Positions 25,008 to 36,956 of a DNA stretch of 46,319 nucleotides are shown here, one piece after another. The position numbers and the translations under genes were made by a program. Origin of the DNA: Chromera velia. Taxonomy: Eukaryota. The notes beneath the pieces are model-generated. The model had not been told where the DNA came from and did no database searches. It saw only the letters and a program-made list of their open reading frames with translations. The DNA is taken from NCBI GenBank assembly GCA_018398765.1, contig JAHBMJ010000503.1:1-46319 (forward strand). The letters are read 5' to 3'. How positions within the stretch are numbered: position 1 is the stretch's first letter; each line of letters begins with the position of its first letter.

Positions 25008-28000
25008 CTACCTGCCATAAGAGCTGAAATCATTTCCTGTGTATGGGAATGCTGCTTCTGCAGCCCCACTTCTCACGCCCCCACTGCCATCGAGATAAGA
25101 CCTGGGCGTCTGGCCAGGCTCCCTCCACTTTGGGGTCGGATACTGCTCTGTGCCGGGTCTCCTCACTCGCGTCTGTGCCAGTGCTTTCGGACTCATGCCT
25201 GTTGAGTTCACATTGACTTGGAGCATCGGGGCGCCTCTTTTTAGACTTTTCAGAAGAGAGAGACAGAAGTCAGTCACTCGGGAGCACGCGAACAAAGAGA
25301 GAAACCGCAGCTTCCCGTGGCCCTCCGCGTACTCCCTCTTGCCAAGGAAACAGCTGACCAGCACCTCCAGACCGTCATTAGAGATATCCGGATTCTCTGC
25401 CAAAGAGAGGACCTTGAGGGAGGGCAGGGAGGTGATCGAGAGAGAGAGAGAAGCAAGCTGGCCGTCCGTCAGTCGGCATGCCGAAAAGTCCAAATCCTCT
25501 AAATTCTCTCGCGTGTCCTTTCTCCACTCAGCAGCGCCCTCCAAGAGTCTCTGCAGTCTCTGCACGCTGGCTGCTGTCTCAAACCTGGAGTCAGAGAAGG
25601 ACAGCCTCCTGTGTCCTCTCATGGTGTCCTTTGCAACCGAAGTGGAGGCTCGAGGAGCGGTGACCATGCGGCGCAGGCTCGCAGTGGTGTTGTCTCTCTG
25701 CAGCCAGCAGGTTCATCATTCTTGATCTTCTGTCCATCCACGCGTGTATTTGGAGAAACACCAACTTGTGAAAAGGCGCATGCAATCACCGGACTCCTTG
25801 AAAGCAAGGGGGTTCAAAGACTTGACGGCAAGCTAGGCCTTTAAAAGAGTTGACTGGCACTTCTGGTGGATTTGCATTTCGTTCATGCGTCGTGAAGAGA
25901 AGAATAGAAAGAAGCTTTCCTTGGTCAAGAAGGATCCACTAGCGTGTCTGTTTCTGCTCAAGCACACATGTACACACTACCAAATGACTGCAGAGACCGA
26001 GGGCCCGACGTCTGTCTGCATGTCAGAAACGGATTCAAGGGGCCGACAGCCAGAAGGACAAACGAGGAGTGTCTCCATCCAAATTTTGGGTTGGAAAGGA
26101 ATGAAGGCACGCACAGAAAGACGCTTGTCTTCTTTGTCTCTTTGTTTGTTTGCTTGCTTGCCGCTTTCTTCTTTCTTGCTCGTGACTTCTCCTTTGCTGA
26201 CAAGAAAGAAGCAAACTACCCAAAACCACACAGACTGACCTCCACACCAGCCACCAGCTTTGTACTCATCGAGGTCCCCCTCACACGTATTCTCAGCAGG
26301 GGGTTTTTGGTGCGCAGGTCGTTCACATGTCTCAAGCAGGCGTCTGTGATTTTGATGCAGCCGTCAAGTGCCACCAGGTGCAGCTGGGGTAGCCCGGTCT
26401 CGCCGCCTGGTTTGGATAGGGAGAGGCCGGTTGCAAGGGCCTGCATGGATGCATTCATAGAGTAGTTTTGTTTTGTGTATGCACACAATTCATCCATGCA
26501 TGTATAGATTCTTTTAATTGCATGTTGTGTGCAGGACACTGCTGCAATCGAGAGCCCAGCTGCCTGTATTATGAAGATGAGCAGACTCGTTTTGATTCAT
26601 GTTTCTCGTTTTCATTCAGGCTCACAGAGAGAAAGGGAGAGGGCCTGCATTTCGAGATGAAGAGAACACCCAAGCAGAAACTGTCCCACTCTCTTTTTCT
26701 GCGCACGAGCAAAACCAATGGAATTTCGTTTTTGTTTCTGCACAGACGGACATAGTGCATTTTTTCTCATTTCGTTTCTCCTTGTAGAGTTTGAAATGTC
26801 ATTTACATAGGTGTGCACCAGATATTCCAACCAGTTTGCTGACCTGACATGCTGGCGGTCCGATCTCGTTGTTGTTACTCAGCATCAGGTCCTGCAGGGC
26901 GGGCAGAGACCTCAGGGCAGGGGCTAACATGGAGACGGACTTGTCGGAAAGGTTGGAGGCACTCAGATCCACAGTGTGGAGTCGGCCTGCAGGCACGCCC
27001 TTCCCTGCAGATTCTGCAGGAGGAGCCTTTGCCACCCATCTGCATCCACACACGCAGATCGAGAGTGAAAACAACAGGAAAGTGTGAACAGACACAGACA
27101 ACTGCATGACTGCAACAAAAAAGGGGTTGAAAGACAGTCTGGACACTTGAGAGCCTCAGGCCTTCGCTATCAAGAAAGACGCCAACAAAGATGGAAAAAT
27201 CATGGATTAATCTTCTGAGAGGATAGAAGAGTGCTTCGTTCCTGTCACGATCTGCAGTGGCAAAATTCGTGCAGGTGCAAAACCTCACGCAAAGAAAGTT
27301 GGATGGAGAGAGGACTTTGGATGTCAATACAGAGAGCACATTCTTTCTTTCATGTTCTTTCTTTGTCTGTAGTGAGAAGAGATCTTCCCTCTGCTGTCGC
27401 TTCGTCGTATTCTGACTCTTCCTCTCATTTTCCCATGTAGTCTTGCTTTGTTTGCCGCAGCTTTCTTACGCTTCACATGAACGATGCACACGCGCAGATC
27501 AAGCGACCCACATTCATCTTTGTCAGCAGCACAAAAACAAAAAAGCAAAAAGGAAAAACGGATTCGAAAGCACCCATCGATCACGTAGCATCCAGGACTC
27601 ACTGCATGCCCTGCACCCACACACACCCACCCACCCACCCACCCACCCACACACACACACACACACACATGAGACGGACTTGACATAATCCACCAATTGC
27701 TGCATGAGACTGGTGCTGGAGAGGTCCACGCCGACTAGAGAGATTGTCTCCCGAAGAACGGCCAAGGTCGGTGCAAAGGAGGTAAACAAATCGACGCAGA
27801 GATATCTGTCAGCTTCCACAGAGAAGGCAGGCAGAGGTCTCCTCTTCTCCATTAGGGCTTCAAAGTCTGCGGGTGTCCTCGGGACTCTAGCTGCCTCTAC
27901 AAATCGGTCTTTCTCGTTGATGGCTTTGGTGCTGGCAGCAATCACGTTGGGCAGATGTCCTTGTCTGGGGCTTCGATAGGACTGTTTGAAGAGCAGCGCC

Positions 28001-30044
28001 CTTCCCTGGTCAGCCCACTCGGAAAGGTTGGGGGGGGGCAGGCGGAGGCCGTCCTCCCTCAATTCGAGTATTGAAAAGGGGGGCTTGTGGGATGTCATGG
28101 CAGACTCTAGGAGGGGCCACCCTCGCTGTACATACGGTCGTCTGTTTTGGACAAATGGGAGGGAGGGAATGTACATGCACCTGCAGGAAGAGAAAAGGGA
28201 AGACAAACACGCAGACAGGTAGTTTGAGAGAAAGTGTGTCAAAAAATAATCATGGCATCTGTGTTTTGAGCAAGGGGAACAGAGAAGAGAGACGAATGAG
28301 ACGGAAAAGGAAGAGACGGGCAGGAAGGGGCGAGGGGATAGGGGACGTGGGGGCAAGTGGGAGGGGGGGAGAAAAGGACGAAAATGAGGGAAGGTGGCTT
28401 TCTGGAGCTGGAGGAGGAGGAGGCAGTTTTTTCTTTCCGGCTTTCGACAGATGCCATTTAAGTGACTAGCATCAAAGGCTGCACGGCTTCTGCTGACCTG
28501 AGAAGAAGCACATTTTCGTGCAGAGAGCCAAAGAGAATTTCCATGGTTCTCATTTGAGCGTACTGTATCCTTTCCGGAATGTCCGGCTGGATGTGCAGCG
28601 AAAGAAAATCCCAGAAGAGCAAAAGCCTGATCAGGAAGAGCAGGCAGGGGAAGCAGGAAGAAAGAAAGAGAGAAACGACCAACACTTGAGAGAGGAAATT
28701 TGGGACCAGTCTGCTCAGACATGCAACGCTCACACATGTAATGAAACCACATGGACGAACAAGGGCTTCCTTCCGAGCTATCCATGCACCCACGCCACCC
28801 TGTTGATTACGTTTTCACGCGCACGAGATTCTCTGAATGGACGGGACCGGTGTATGACAAGGAGCAGGCTGGTTCGTGCAGATGCACGAGAGAGACTGCT
28901 TCAATCACCCTGTGAAGGAGGGATGAGCAAACAGGATCCAGAACACGATAGAGAGACAATACGTGAATTTCAAATCCAGAATCCCTCCATGCAGTGTATA
29001 CATGACGCATTGCGGAGGAGTGACTATACCGACTCACTTCAGGGGAGGGTAGTGTCGGGGGTCCGTGAAGGAAGGCAGAAGGAGACGGAACGCGCGACAG
29101 AGGGCGTCACAGAGGGCGCCGTGGGGGTCTGGGTGGTCACTGCCGAGCCATCCATAAGAGAGGCAGCAGATGGCCACAAAATCTGACTCCTTGTAGTCCC
29201 CGTCTGCTTCCGCTACTGAGAGGGGCAGGGAGGCCTCTAGTGCCTTTGCATCTGTAAAGTAGAGGTCGGGGTATTGGTTCTCAAGATCCCTCCTGGGCAG
29301 GAGACGACCCCCAGACTCCAAATAACGCACTAAGAGCTCTACGTCAAGGAGACCAACCACGTCACCTTGCACAAGGGCAGAGAGAGCTGCGAGGGATTTA
29401 AACTTCTCCGGCGTCTTCATCAGAACCTGAACACTCACACGCGCACACGCAAGTCCTTTTTCTGTCTCGCACACTCGCCCTCACTCTCACACACAGATAC
29501 GCGCAGAGAGGGAAAGAAGATGGACTGAAAAGAGGAATAGGCGAAGAAGGGGTTGAGACCTGACGAGAGACAGGCCGAGACAAAGAAAGACTCTCCGTAA
29601 GTGAGTCTTTGAAGGCTGAGGGAAAAGAGAGAAAAAACCGGAGATCTAAGCACAAACCGCAACTGAGTACAGTGCCGAGAAGCATGGGAGAGAGGAATGG
29701 AGTGCAATGTGTTTCCTGCATGGTTCACTGACTTCCTTGAAGCACGCTGAGCACAAGAATTCCCCTGCCCAGTCTGTGTCATCGTGTTCTGCCGTGCACT
29801 GGTAGAACCCTGCGCCTGGGTCCTGATCCAGTGCCTCCCCACACCCTGCGCACACAGAGGATGCCAGAGGTCCCAACTTGGGGGGGAATCCTCTTCGGAA
29901 GTGTCCACAGGATTCGAAGTGGGTCTCTATGCACTTCTGGAATCGGAGTTTTGCCTGTAGCTGCTGTCGCTCTTTCAACTTGTGATGGTCGAGAGCGTCT
30001 ATCTTCACAATCTCCTTCTTCCGCGCTGAAGCTCCACACCCCAT
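25008..30044 (-). CDS. 805-aa protein: N-terminal MGCGAS acylation motif, Cys cluster (ZZ/zinc-finger-like), HET-like domain, RNI-like leucine-rich repeats
   Basis: Seven exons with consistent phases and GT-AG borders: 29733-30044, 29038-29426, 28498-28626, 27680-28180, 26844-27039, 26240-26440, 25008-25697 (sum 2418 nt, no internal stop). Motifs: CAGC..YQC..FLCSAC; LSYGWLGSDHPDPHG, LFWDFLSLHIQP and PYVQRGWPLLE; LRRs LHTVDLSASNL, LQDLMLSNN, LEDLDFSACRL, LKVLSLAEN, LRFLSLFAC. Confidence 0.85.
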
Positions 30045-30831
30045 CAGGCAGACCAACGCAATTCCTCGACGAGGTATATAGACGGTGGGGCTTGTGGTTA
30101 CTTCTCACATCGCGAATGAATATGTCGGGCAATCAAGAAACAACAGGATATCAGCTCTGGCAGCATGTGTGTCCTGTACTATTAGTAGCACTTGTCTGCT
30201 TTCCCTCGGTCTTTCGTATCGATACAAAACCTGCTTCGCTCTCTGTGAGCGTTGAAGGGGTCTAGCTTGCTATATAGGAGTCTTGCGAAGGTCAGACACT
30301 TCAATGATTGACGCACTGCATGCAATGGCGCCGCATCGGATCGATCGATCGATCGATCGATCACATGGATCCCGCGCGCCGCCACAACTCGCGCCCTCCG
30401 CTACACGGTCGTAAATCCTTCTTTTTTTAGGAAAAACCTTTTTAATTGTAATGTTGTGTTATAGTTTGTGAACATGAAAATGGTCTGTTTCTTAATTTTT
30501 TTATCTAGCTAGCTCAGATCACTTTATTCAAGCTCAATCGTCTTTTATCCTTATCAGACGTTTGTGTAGCCATGAGTCCTCCCGTTATCTAAGATACAAT
30601 AGTAACAGTAGAAAATTAAAGTCATCAAAAGTTTGGCAGACTGACGGTGCCGCTCAAACGCCTGATTCCGGCCTAGAAGATCCTAAAAAGGGACGATTTG
30701 GCATGAATCGAGAAGTAACTGATCTAAAGTAGTTGAAAAAAGACTGAGAGAATCCTGCTGTTGCATATATTTCAAACAGATAGCTAAACAGGTAGTCACA
30801 CTAACTGATACATAATTATTCATATTTAGAA

Positions 30832-31051
30832 AGTGAAGTTTGAGGTCTACTCGATACCTCTACTCAGACATAATCAACGTCATCAGAAGGTCTGTTAGTA
30901 CGGACATGTACTTCTTACATCGTTCTTGTTTCACTTCTCAGTCTGATCGTACAATTGTGATCACAAGCTAATCGATCAAATATATGCGTGCTAATTAATT
31001 CTATCAATTAATTCGCGCTACGTCGCTCGTACTGCGCACATGAATTTCACT
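30832..31051 (-). repeat. Copia 3' LTR
   Basis: Direct repeat of 36442-36661; adjacent to the PPT at 31052-31060. Confidence 0.95.
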
Positions 31052-31077
31052 CACCCCCTCGATTTGCTTGTCTATCC

Positions 31078-34000
31078 TCATGCAAATTCTTTTCCCGGCC
31101 ATGCAACTTTAGTAAGTGCGTTGGCAAGCTGCACATCTCTGCGGCACCAAGAGTAGTCAGCTTTTATCTTGTTCAGTTCTTGGATGACAAAGTCAAGCAT
31201 GCCTTGAAAGGTGCCATCGGTTACAACTCCAGAACGAAGCTGCTTGTACATTGGCTCACAGTCCGTGAAAAATTAGATTTTCGGGCTCTCTCCCCATAAC
31301 TCTGTTGCTAGTTGCACGGTCCTGGGAATCGTCTTCACCGCTGACTCAACTGCTGTTAGTTCTGCTGCTGTGTTAGAGCCATGCTTCTGTGTGTGCTTTT
31401 CAGAATACCACATGATGCAGTTGATCTACGGCGCCCCTGTGAGGATTGCCTTTTTGGGTGTCCAGTCTTCATCAACTATGAACACAACCCAACCAAGACG
31501 CCCATCATACGTCTTTCTCGAGTAGGAGCAGTCTGTTAGCACTGCAGGCATCACCCTCTTTCCCTTGGTGAGAGGGATGATGATAATCGGTTCTCTGTTC
31601 TCCTTCAGCATCTGCAGGACCTTGATGGATGCCCGCACTACTTGTCTGCACGGACGGAGGGTAGATTGGCTGAGAACGTTAGCTCACACTCGGCGGGCTG
31701 GGCGAGTACGAATCACCCACTGTTTTACCCCCATAATCGACCTTATAAGGGGAATCAGGCTCTCTTCCACTTCCTTTTCTCCTGCTGGCTTTACATCCTC
31801 TGCTCTGACTTCTCCCCTCTTCGGATTCTCCCCTAATGCCCTCTAGAGAGCGTCTGTGTTTATGCTTTCACAGTAGCTCTCTTGACTCACCTCCGTCTGA
31901 TCAGTTGCAAGGGAGATATGGAGGCCGGCATATTTAATGCGGTCTCTTTCATCATACACCTTCAGGTGCCCCCAATCCAACACCCCCTTCAAGAACCGAA
32001 TCTCGTCACTGACTGTCTGTCTGCTGGCAGCGCCAAGCAGATTGTCTACCCACATGACCTGAAGTGCCTTGGCAGGCTGCGGTGGTATTCTTTCCACCCG
32101 GTTCGGCCTCTGCACGGTAACACCACTCTCCACTCTCTTGAATCCTCTACTCTTCTGTACCCGCTGCATCTTTCCATCAAAGAGATTCCCAGAGCATGGC
32201 ATCCCATACAGTCCCTTCTCAACCATGCGGATCTGTCCGGGCCGAATTGCCCCTGCTGCTGCTTTGATCTCTTCGTAATCGGCATCGGAGATATCGTGGT
32301 ATGGATTGAGATCAGGAGCTTTGGGGATCCACGTTGGAATGATAACCCCCGCTCTCTGTCTGTTCCTGTCTTCTGCTGATAGAAATGCCCCCTTCACATC
32401 GCCCCCATACCAAACAAAACCAAACGACAAAGCAAAGACAAGGCAGAGGAGAATGGCCCAAATTGAAGGAGTACCGACATATGTATTAACCTTCTGTTTG
32501 TCAGTGAATCCCTTTGCAAAACAGCGTGCCTTGGGAGTCCTCTCTGCCTTCTTTCCCTCTGAATGATTCAGTTTGCTGTCTGCCTGCTTGGGCTTTCTCT
32601 TTCCAGTCTCGTCTGCCTCTCTGTCTGTGTCTTTCTTTTCTTCTTTGTTCGGACCTGTCTTCTCTTTCCAAGTCAGACGCCAGCCCATTTGCATGAATGC
32701 GTCAACCTCATCTCTATTCACTTCCCGACCAAGCACCCCCTGACCGATGATATTCCTCAACCACTCATTGCGCATGGCGATGTTGAAGTCTCCCCGCACA
32801 ACCTCTTCCTGGGTAGCGGGGATCTGTGTGGAGCCCCGCTTGAAATTATCTGGGACTTCAATGGGCGACGCGTTTACGAGGAATACTTCACCGACCGGTG
32901 CTCCCACTCCCATGTCAAGGAGCATCTGATTCTCTTCCTCATCCAATCTCTTGTCCCCAAACAACTCCTCTATCACATCATCATCACCTTCTGAAGCAGG
33001 TGACTCTTCCCCCTCACACCCCCTCACCTGCAGAAGGAGGTCTAGCTCAGCCTTAACGCTGGGGGGGACGATTTTTCCATCTTCGATAGTGAAGTACCGA
33101 AGCACTAAGTTCTACTTTTGTGACCTAGCGAGCACCCAGCCTGGTGAACCTCCACTTTCCATTTCCTGTTCGCTCCATACCAGAGACGGGGAGTGACTTC
33201 TTGAACGACTTTCCAGCAACAAGCATGGGAATGCGTGTGCCGGATGCACCAGCAATGAGGACACCTGTGAATCGTGTAGGTCGACTGACCTCAGGCTGTC
33301 CTACAGCGTGGTGCTCAGGGAGACAAGATGGATTCTCGTCCCCCTGCCCCCCATCTCTACCTTCTCCTCAGCCCCCGCGTGGACACCCTCTCCGTTTTCG
33401 CCCTCTATATCTATACGTTCCATCATAGGATGGGAGGGAGGGGAAAGGAGACGAGCTTTCTCTCGTTCGCCTGCAGGGGACCACAGTTTGACTGACCCAC
33501 TTTGGAGAGGCTTCACACATACAGGATGGGTGTCTAGAGTCTTCCAAACACCTGTGTGGGGGTTTTTCTTTACTACTACTGCTGTGTGGGAGTTGAGGGG
33601 ATAGAGCCACATGACAAGGGAACCTGGGAGTTCAATGCCACTCTCGATAATTTTGAGGATGGAAGGATCCCCGACCATCAGCCGTCTGTCTGGCTTCTTC
33701 CCTGTGGCTTTTTCGTAGGGGGTCATGCCGATAGCTTTGGAAAACATTGCGTTGCGAGTGATGGATGCTCCACGGGCTACGTGCGCCCACATGCTCTTCG
33801 GCAACGGCCCCCACATCTTCTCGAGCTCTGCCATCAGGGCAGCAATATGGGTGCGGGAATGGTGGATTCTTCCTTCCACCAGCCCAAGGGGTCCCTTCTC
33901 ACGGGGCGGCTGATCAATGAACTTAATCATTCTGTGGTCACAATACTCCCCATGTTTCCCCCCTCTGTATTCTATTGCAGGATCACACGCAAATCGTATA

Positions 34001-36365
34001 GTAATATGACCAGGCCCATCGGGCTTCACTCCTACAACAGACTCAACATACTCGAGGAACTGTCGGATCGAGTCGTAGGCTTCGTTTCGGCTTTTCTGGG
34101 GGACGTCAAGCTCAAAACCTAAATGCATATCTGCATATTTGATGACTGTGGGGTACATACCTGCTGCTGCCTCCTCATCTCGGGGGAAGTAATTGTCCAA
34201 CTAGATAATGCCAAATGGGTGTGTGCCTTCTCTTCTATCAGGAACACGATGGAAGGACGGCTTTACTGCGTTCTTCTGTTGACAGATCAGACACTCCTTG
34301 TAGAGCCTTTCCCAATCTTCCTCACATGCACTCATATCTTGCTCCAGGAGCGTTGGTTCGAGTCTGGGTCTGTCGAAATGGCCATGACGAACATGATGGG
34401 AACACAACTCATCATAATCGATCTGTTGGTGAGAAAAGGCATTGATGGAGGGGACTGGCTCCCCCATCTCATACTTGAAGGCGGGACAGTGGTAGAAGAA
34501 TGGATGATTGGTTGTGTGATCGCCTTTTGGGAAAGGAACACAGATATTCACGAGACCCCCTCTTGCGTCTCTCACTCTCACATATGAGTCATCTGCGTCT
34601 TTCAACACAGTGTGTCCCTCCTCTAAATCCATACGCATCAAATCGGAGACGCTGTCCTTAATGAAATAATATTCCTCATGACTGTCTGCTCCCCCTTTTC
34701 TTTCATAAGACACCGTCTCGCTCACACCCCGACTTTCGAGATCTGGATTTTCACCTCTTCCTCACTCCCATCTGCGTTTTTCTTTACAACCCCGAACTGC
34801 CCCCCACAAGGCCTCCACCACACGACATCTGGGGCAGCATCTGCCTCATTGGCAATGCTTGCAGAGCAGCAGGAATCAACATTTGTCCGTCTCCACCCCT
34901 TGTAACCATACCCAGACCTACTTCCCTCATCCCCCCCTATGACCATGTATGCTGACCCGAGGGTCTCCCCGACCCTGAAAGTCAGGTTAGACTCGTCTCC
35001 TCCCTGGAGGAACTGAAAGATGGTCCCTTGTTGGTGAGGAATGGGAGGTCCACCGATGGAGTGGTTGTGGTCATGGTGCGAGTGGTTTCGGTTCCCTCCC
35101 TCAACCTGCCAAATCAAAAGGGAAGAAGGAGAGAATGAATGGGGTATATAGAAAGGAGTGTAAGGGAAGAGGGCATGTGCAAAGCCCCAAAATCCTCTGC
35201 CACAAAACTCCCCATTCCCCGGGCTGACCGGCCCAAATTGTTGAAGTCCAGATCCCGGCACTATACTAGTACCCGGAGGAAGGGCAGGCGTGTAGTACAA
35301 ACCGTTAACGTCATAGCGACCAGGGCCGCCGCCCCTGCTGGGGTACACACCTCTGTGTCCTCTCCCCTTGCCTCTCTCGGCGTTGTACTGTTGCTGCTTC
35401 TGTTTCCGGGGACACATGTGATCTCTGTGACCAACCTCACTGCACTCGCTGCACCTGTGCGTCTTGCCTCTGCACTCCCATCCAGGGTCGTGCCCTCCAG
35501 GCCTCCCACAACTCTCACACTTCTTCTTCTGCTGTTGCTGGGACTGTTAAGGATGCTGTTGGGTAGACTGCAAATAACCGCCTCTGCCTCCCCGGCCTCT
35601 GCCCCCCCGACCTCTGCCCCTACCCCGTCCCCTGGGTGGGAAGCCACCAGACCCAACATAGTTGGCCTCCTGTTTTATCTGGTGCTGCTCGGGATATACA
35701 CGGACAGAAGGTTTCATAGGGGTAATAGATGCAGGGTTATCTTCAAATTTGTTCAGTAGGGGATTTTTGGAACGCTGCTCACATGCGGTGATGAGCTTGT
35801 CAAAGTCGTACAGATCATCCTCATCCCAGTCATCTGCCCACTTTCTGCGGTAGGATGGAGGAAGACAGGCCAACACAGCCCTGGCTCGAGTTCTCTCTGC
35901 AACGTCGTTATCTGCCTTAGTCCTCTTCGTGTCCCTCATCAGGGACTTGAAAAATCGATAGAGAGAGAGGAAATCTGAAAACGAATTTCTGTTCTCTACG
36001 ATCTGATTCCATGTGCGAGACAGAGAATCTCTCTTCGTCTTTTCAGGGACATCCAGTTTCTTCATAAGGCACTTCTACAATGCTATCTTATAGGGTGGCC
36101 ACTTAACCGCTTTGCTAGCATCCCTGAACTCTATATCGTCCTCGTCCTCTTTCTGGTCGAAAAGTGCCTGAATGTCATCCCCAACATCTAGATAGTTCTT
36201 TGTGGCCTTGTACAACTGGTTGGCCTCCCATCGTGCAACGTTTGCAGCACTGGCACCAAAGAGTTTCTCATTGCCATCTCTGATGCTGTTGCAAGTATCT
36301 CTCTACCCTTTGAACTGCATCCCCGCCTTGAGCGTGGGGTATGCGACAGAGGATTGTTCAGACAT
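31078..36365 (-). pseudogene. Copia gag-pol pseudogene
   Basis: Gag from the ATG at 36365; zinc knuckle CSECSEVGHRDHMC (~35412-35453); protease VDSCCS (~34870); HHVRHGH..CLIC then an rve core (33301-34400); RT KARCFAKGF, DVKGAFL, KGLYG, WVDN (31843-33105); RNase H TDCSY..SNTAAEL..TDC..QLANALTK. Multiple in-frame stops. Confidence 0.92.
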
Positions 36366-36424
36366 CTCTACTGCAGGATCACAAACAACATTTGACCTGT
36401 TACACTGTGATCTCTCTCAATATC

Positions 36425-36442
36425 CTCTCGCTGGCATCGCCA
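36425..36442 (-). promoter_or_regulatory. Copia primer-binding site (tRNA 3'-end complement)
   Basis: The minus strand reads TGGCGATGCCAGCGAGAG one base after the LTR CA. The complement ends in ...GCATC-G-CCA like a tRNA acceptor. The tRNA identity was not determined. Confidence 0.7.
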
Positions 36443-36661
36443 GTGAAGTTTGAGGTCTATTCGATACCTCTACTCAGACATAATCAACGTCATTAGAAGG
36501 TCTGTTAGTACGGACATATACTTCTTACATCGTTCTTGTTTCACTTCTCAGTCTGATCGTACAATTGTGATCACAAGCTAATCGATCAAATGCATGCATG
36601 CTAATTAATTCTATCAATTAATTCGCGCTACGTCGCTTGTACTGCACGCATGAATTTCACT
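36442..36661 (-). repeat. Copia 5' LTR
   Basis: Direct repeat of 30832-31051. Confidence 0.95.
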
Positions 36662-36956
36662 TAGAATTAGTGTTTAAGATGATTTCATGTGATTTCCAAA
36701 ATTCTTCTAAGATTTCATGTTGTGATTTAAACCTTGCAAAAAAAGATATATTAGCAGATGTGTGATAGAAAATTTAGTTTAAAAAAAACAATGATTTAAA
36801 TAGTCTAATACATTTATAAAGATCTAAACTACTATATAGCGCTAGATATAGCGATTAAAAAACTGGTTGAAAACTTAAAAGTTTGGAGATTACTGATGTT
36901 GACCCAAATCCCAGCTCATTGTTTGCTACAGGCATGACATGGCCTGGCATGCGAAG

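Larger units (their letters stand above)
30832..36661 (-). mobile_element. Full-length degenerate Ty1/copia LTR retrotransposon
   Basis: 220-bp LTRs at 30832-31051 and 36442-36661 with 9 differences. TSD TAGAA at 30827-30831 and 36662-36666. PBS-like TGGCGATGCCAGCGAG follows the 5' LTR and PPT GAGGGGG precedes the 3' LTR. Domain order is gag-PR-IN-RT-RH. Confidence 0.95.

Noticed and set aside
28735..28910. Extra exon in the HET-LRR gene
   Set aside because: It contains an in-frame stop, and exon 2 splices in phase directly to 28626 (PPLK|LLLFWDF).
31078..36365. Ciliate-type TAA/TAG=Gln genetic code in the copia ORF
   Set aside because: At least one TAG fits Trp (FKG*RD), a TGA stop and a frameshift also occur, catalytic Asp-to-Asn changes show general transition decay, and the intact host gene ends in TAG.
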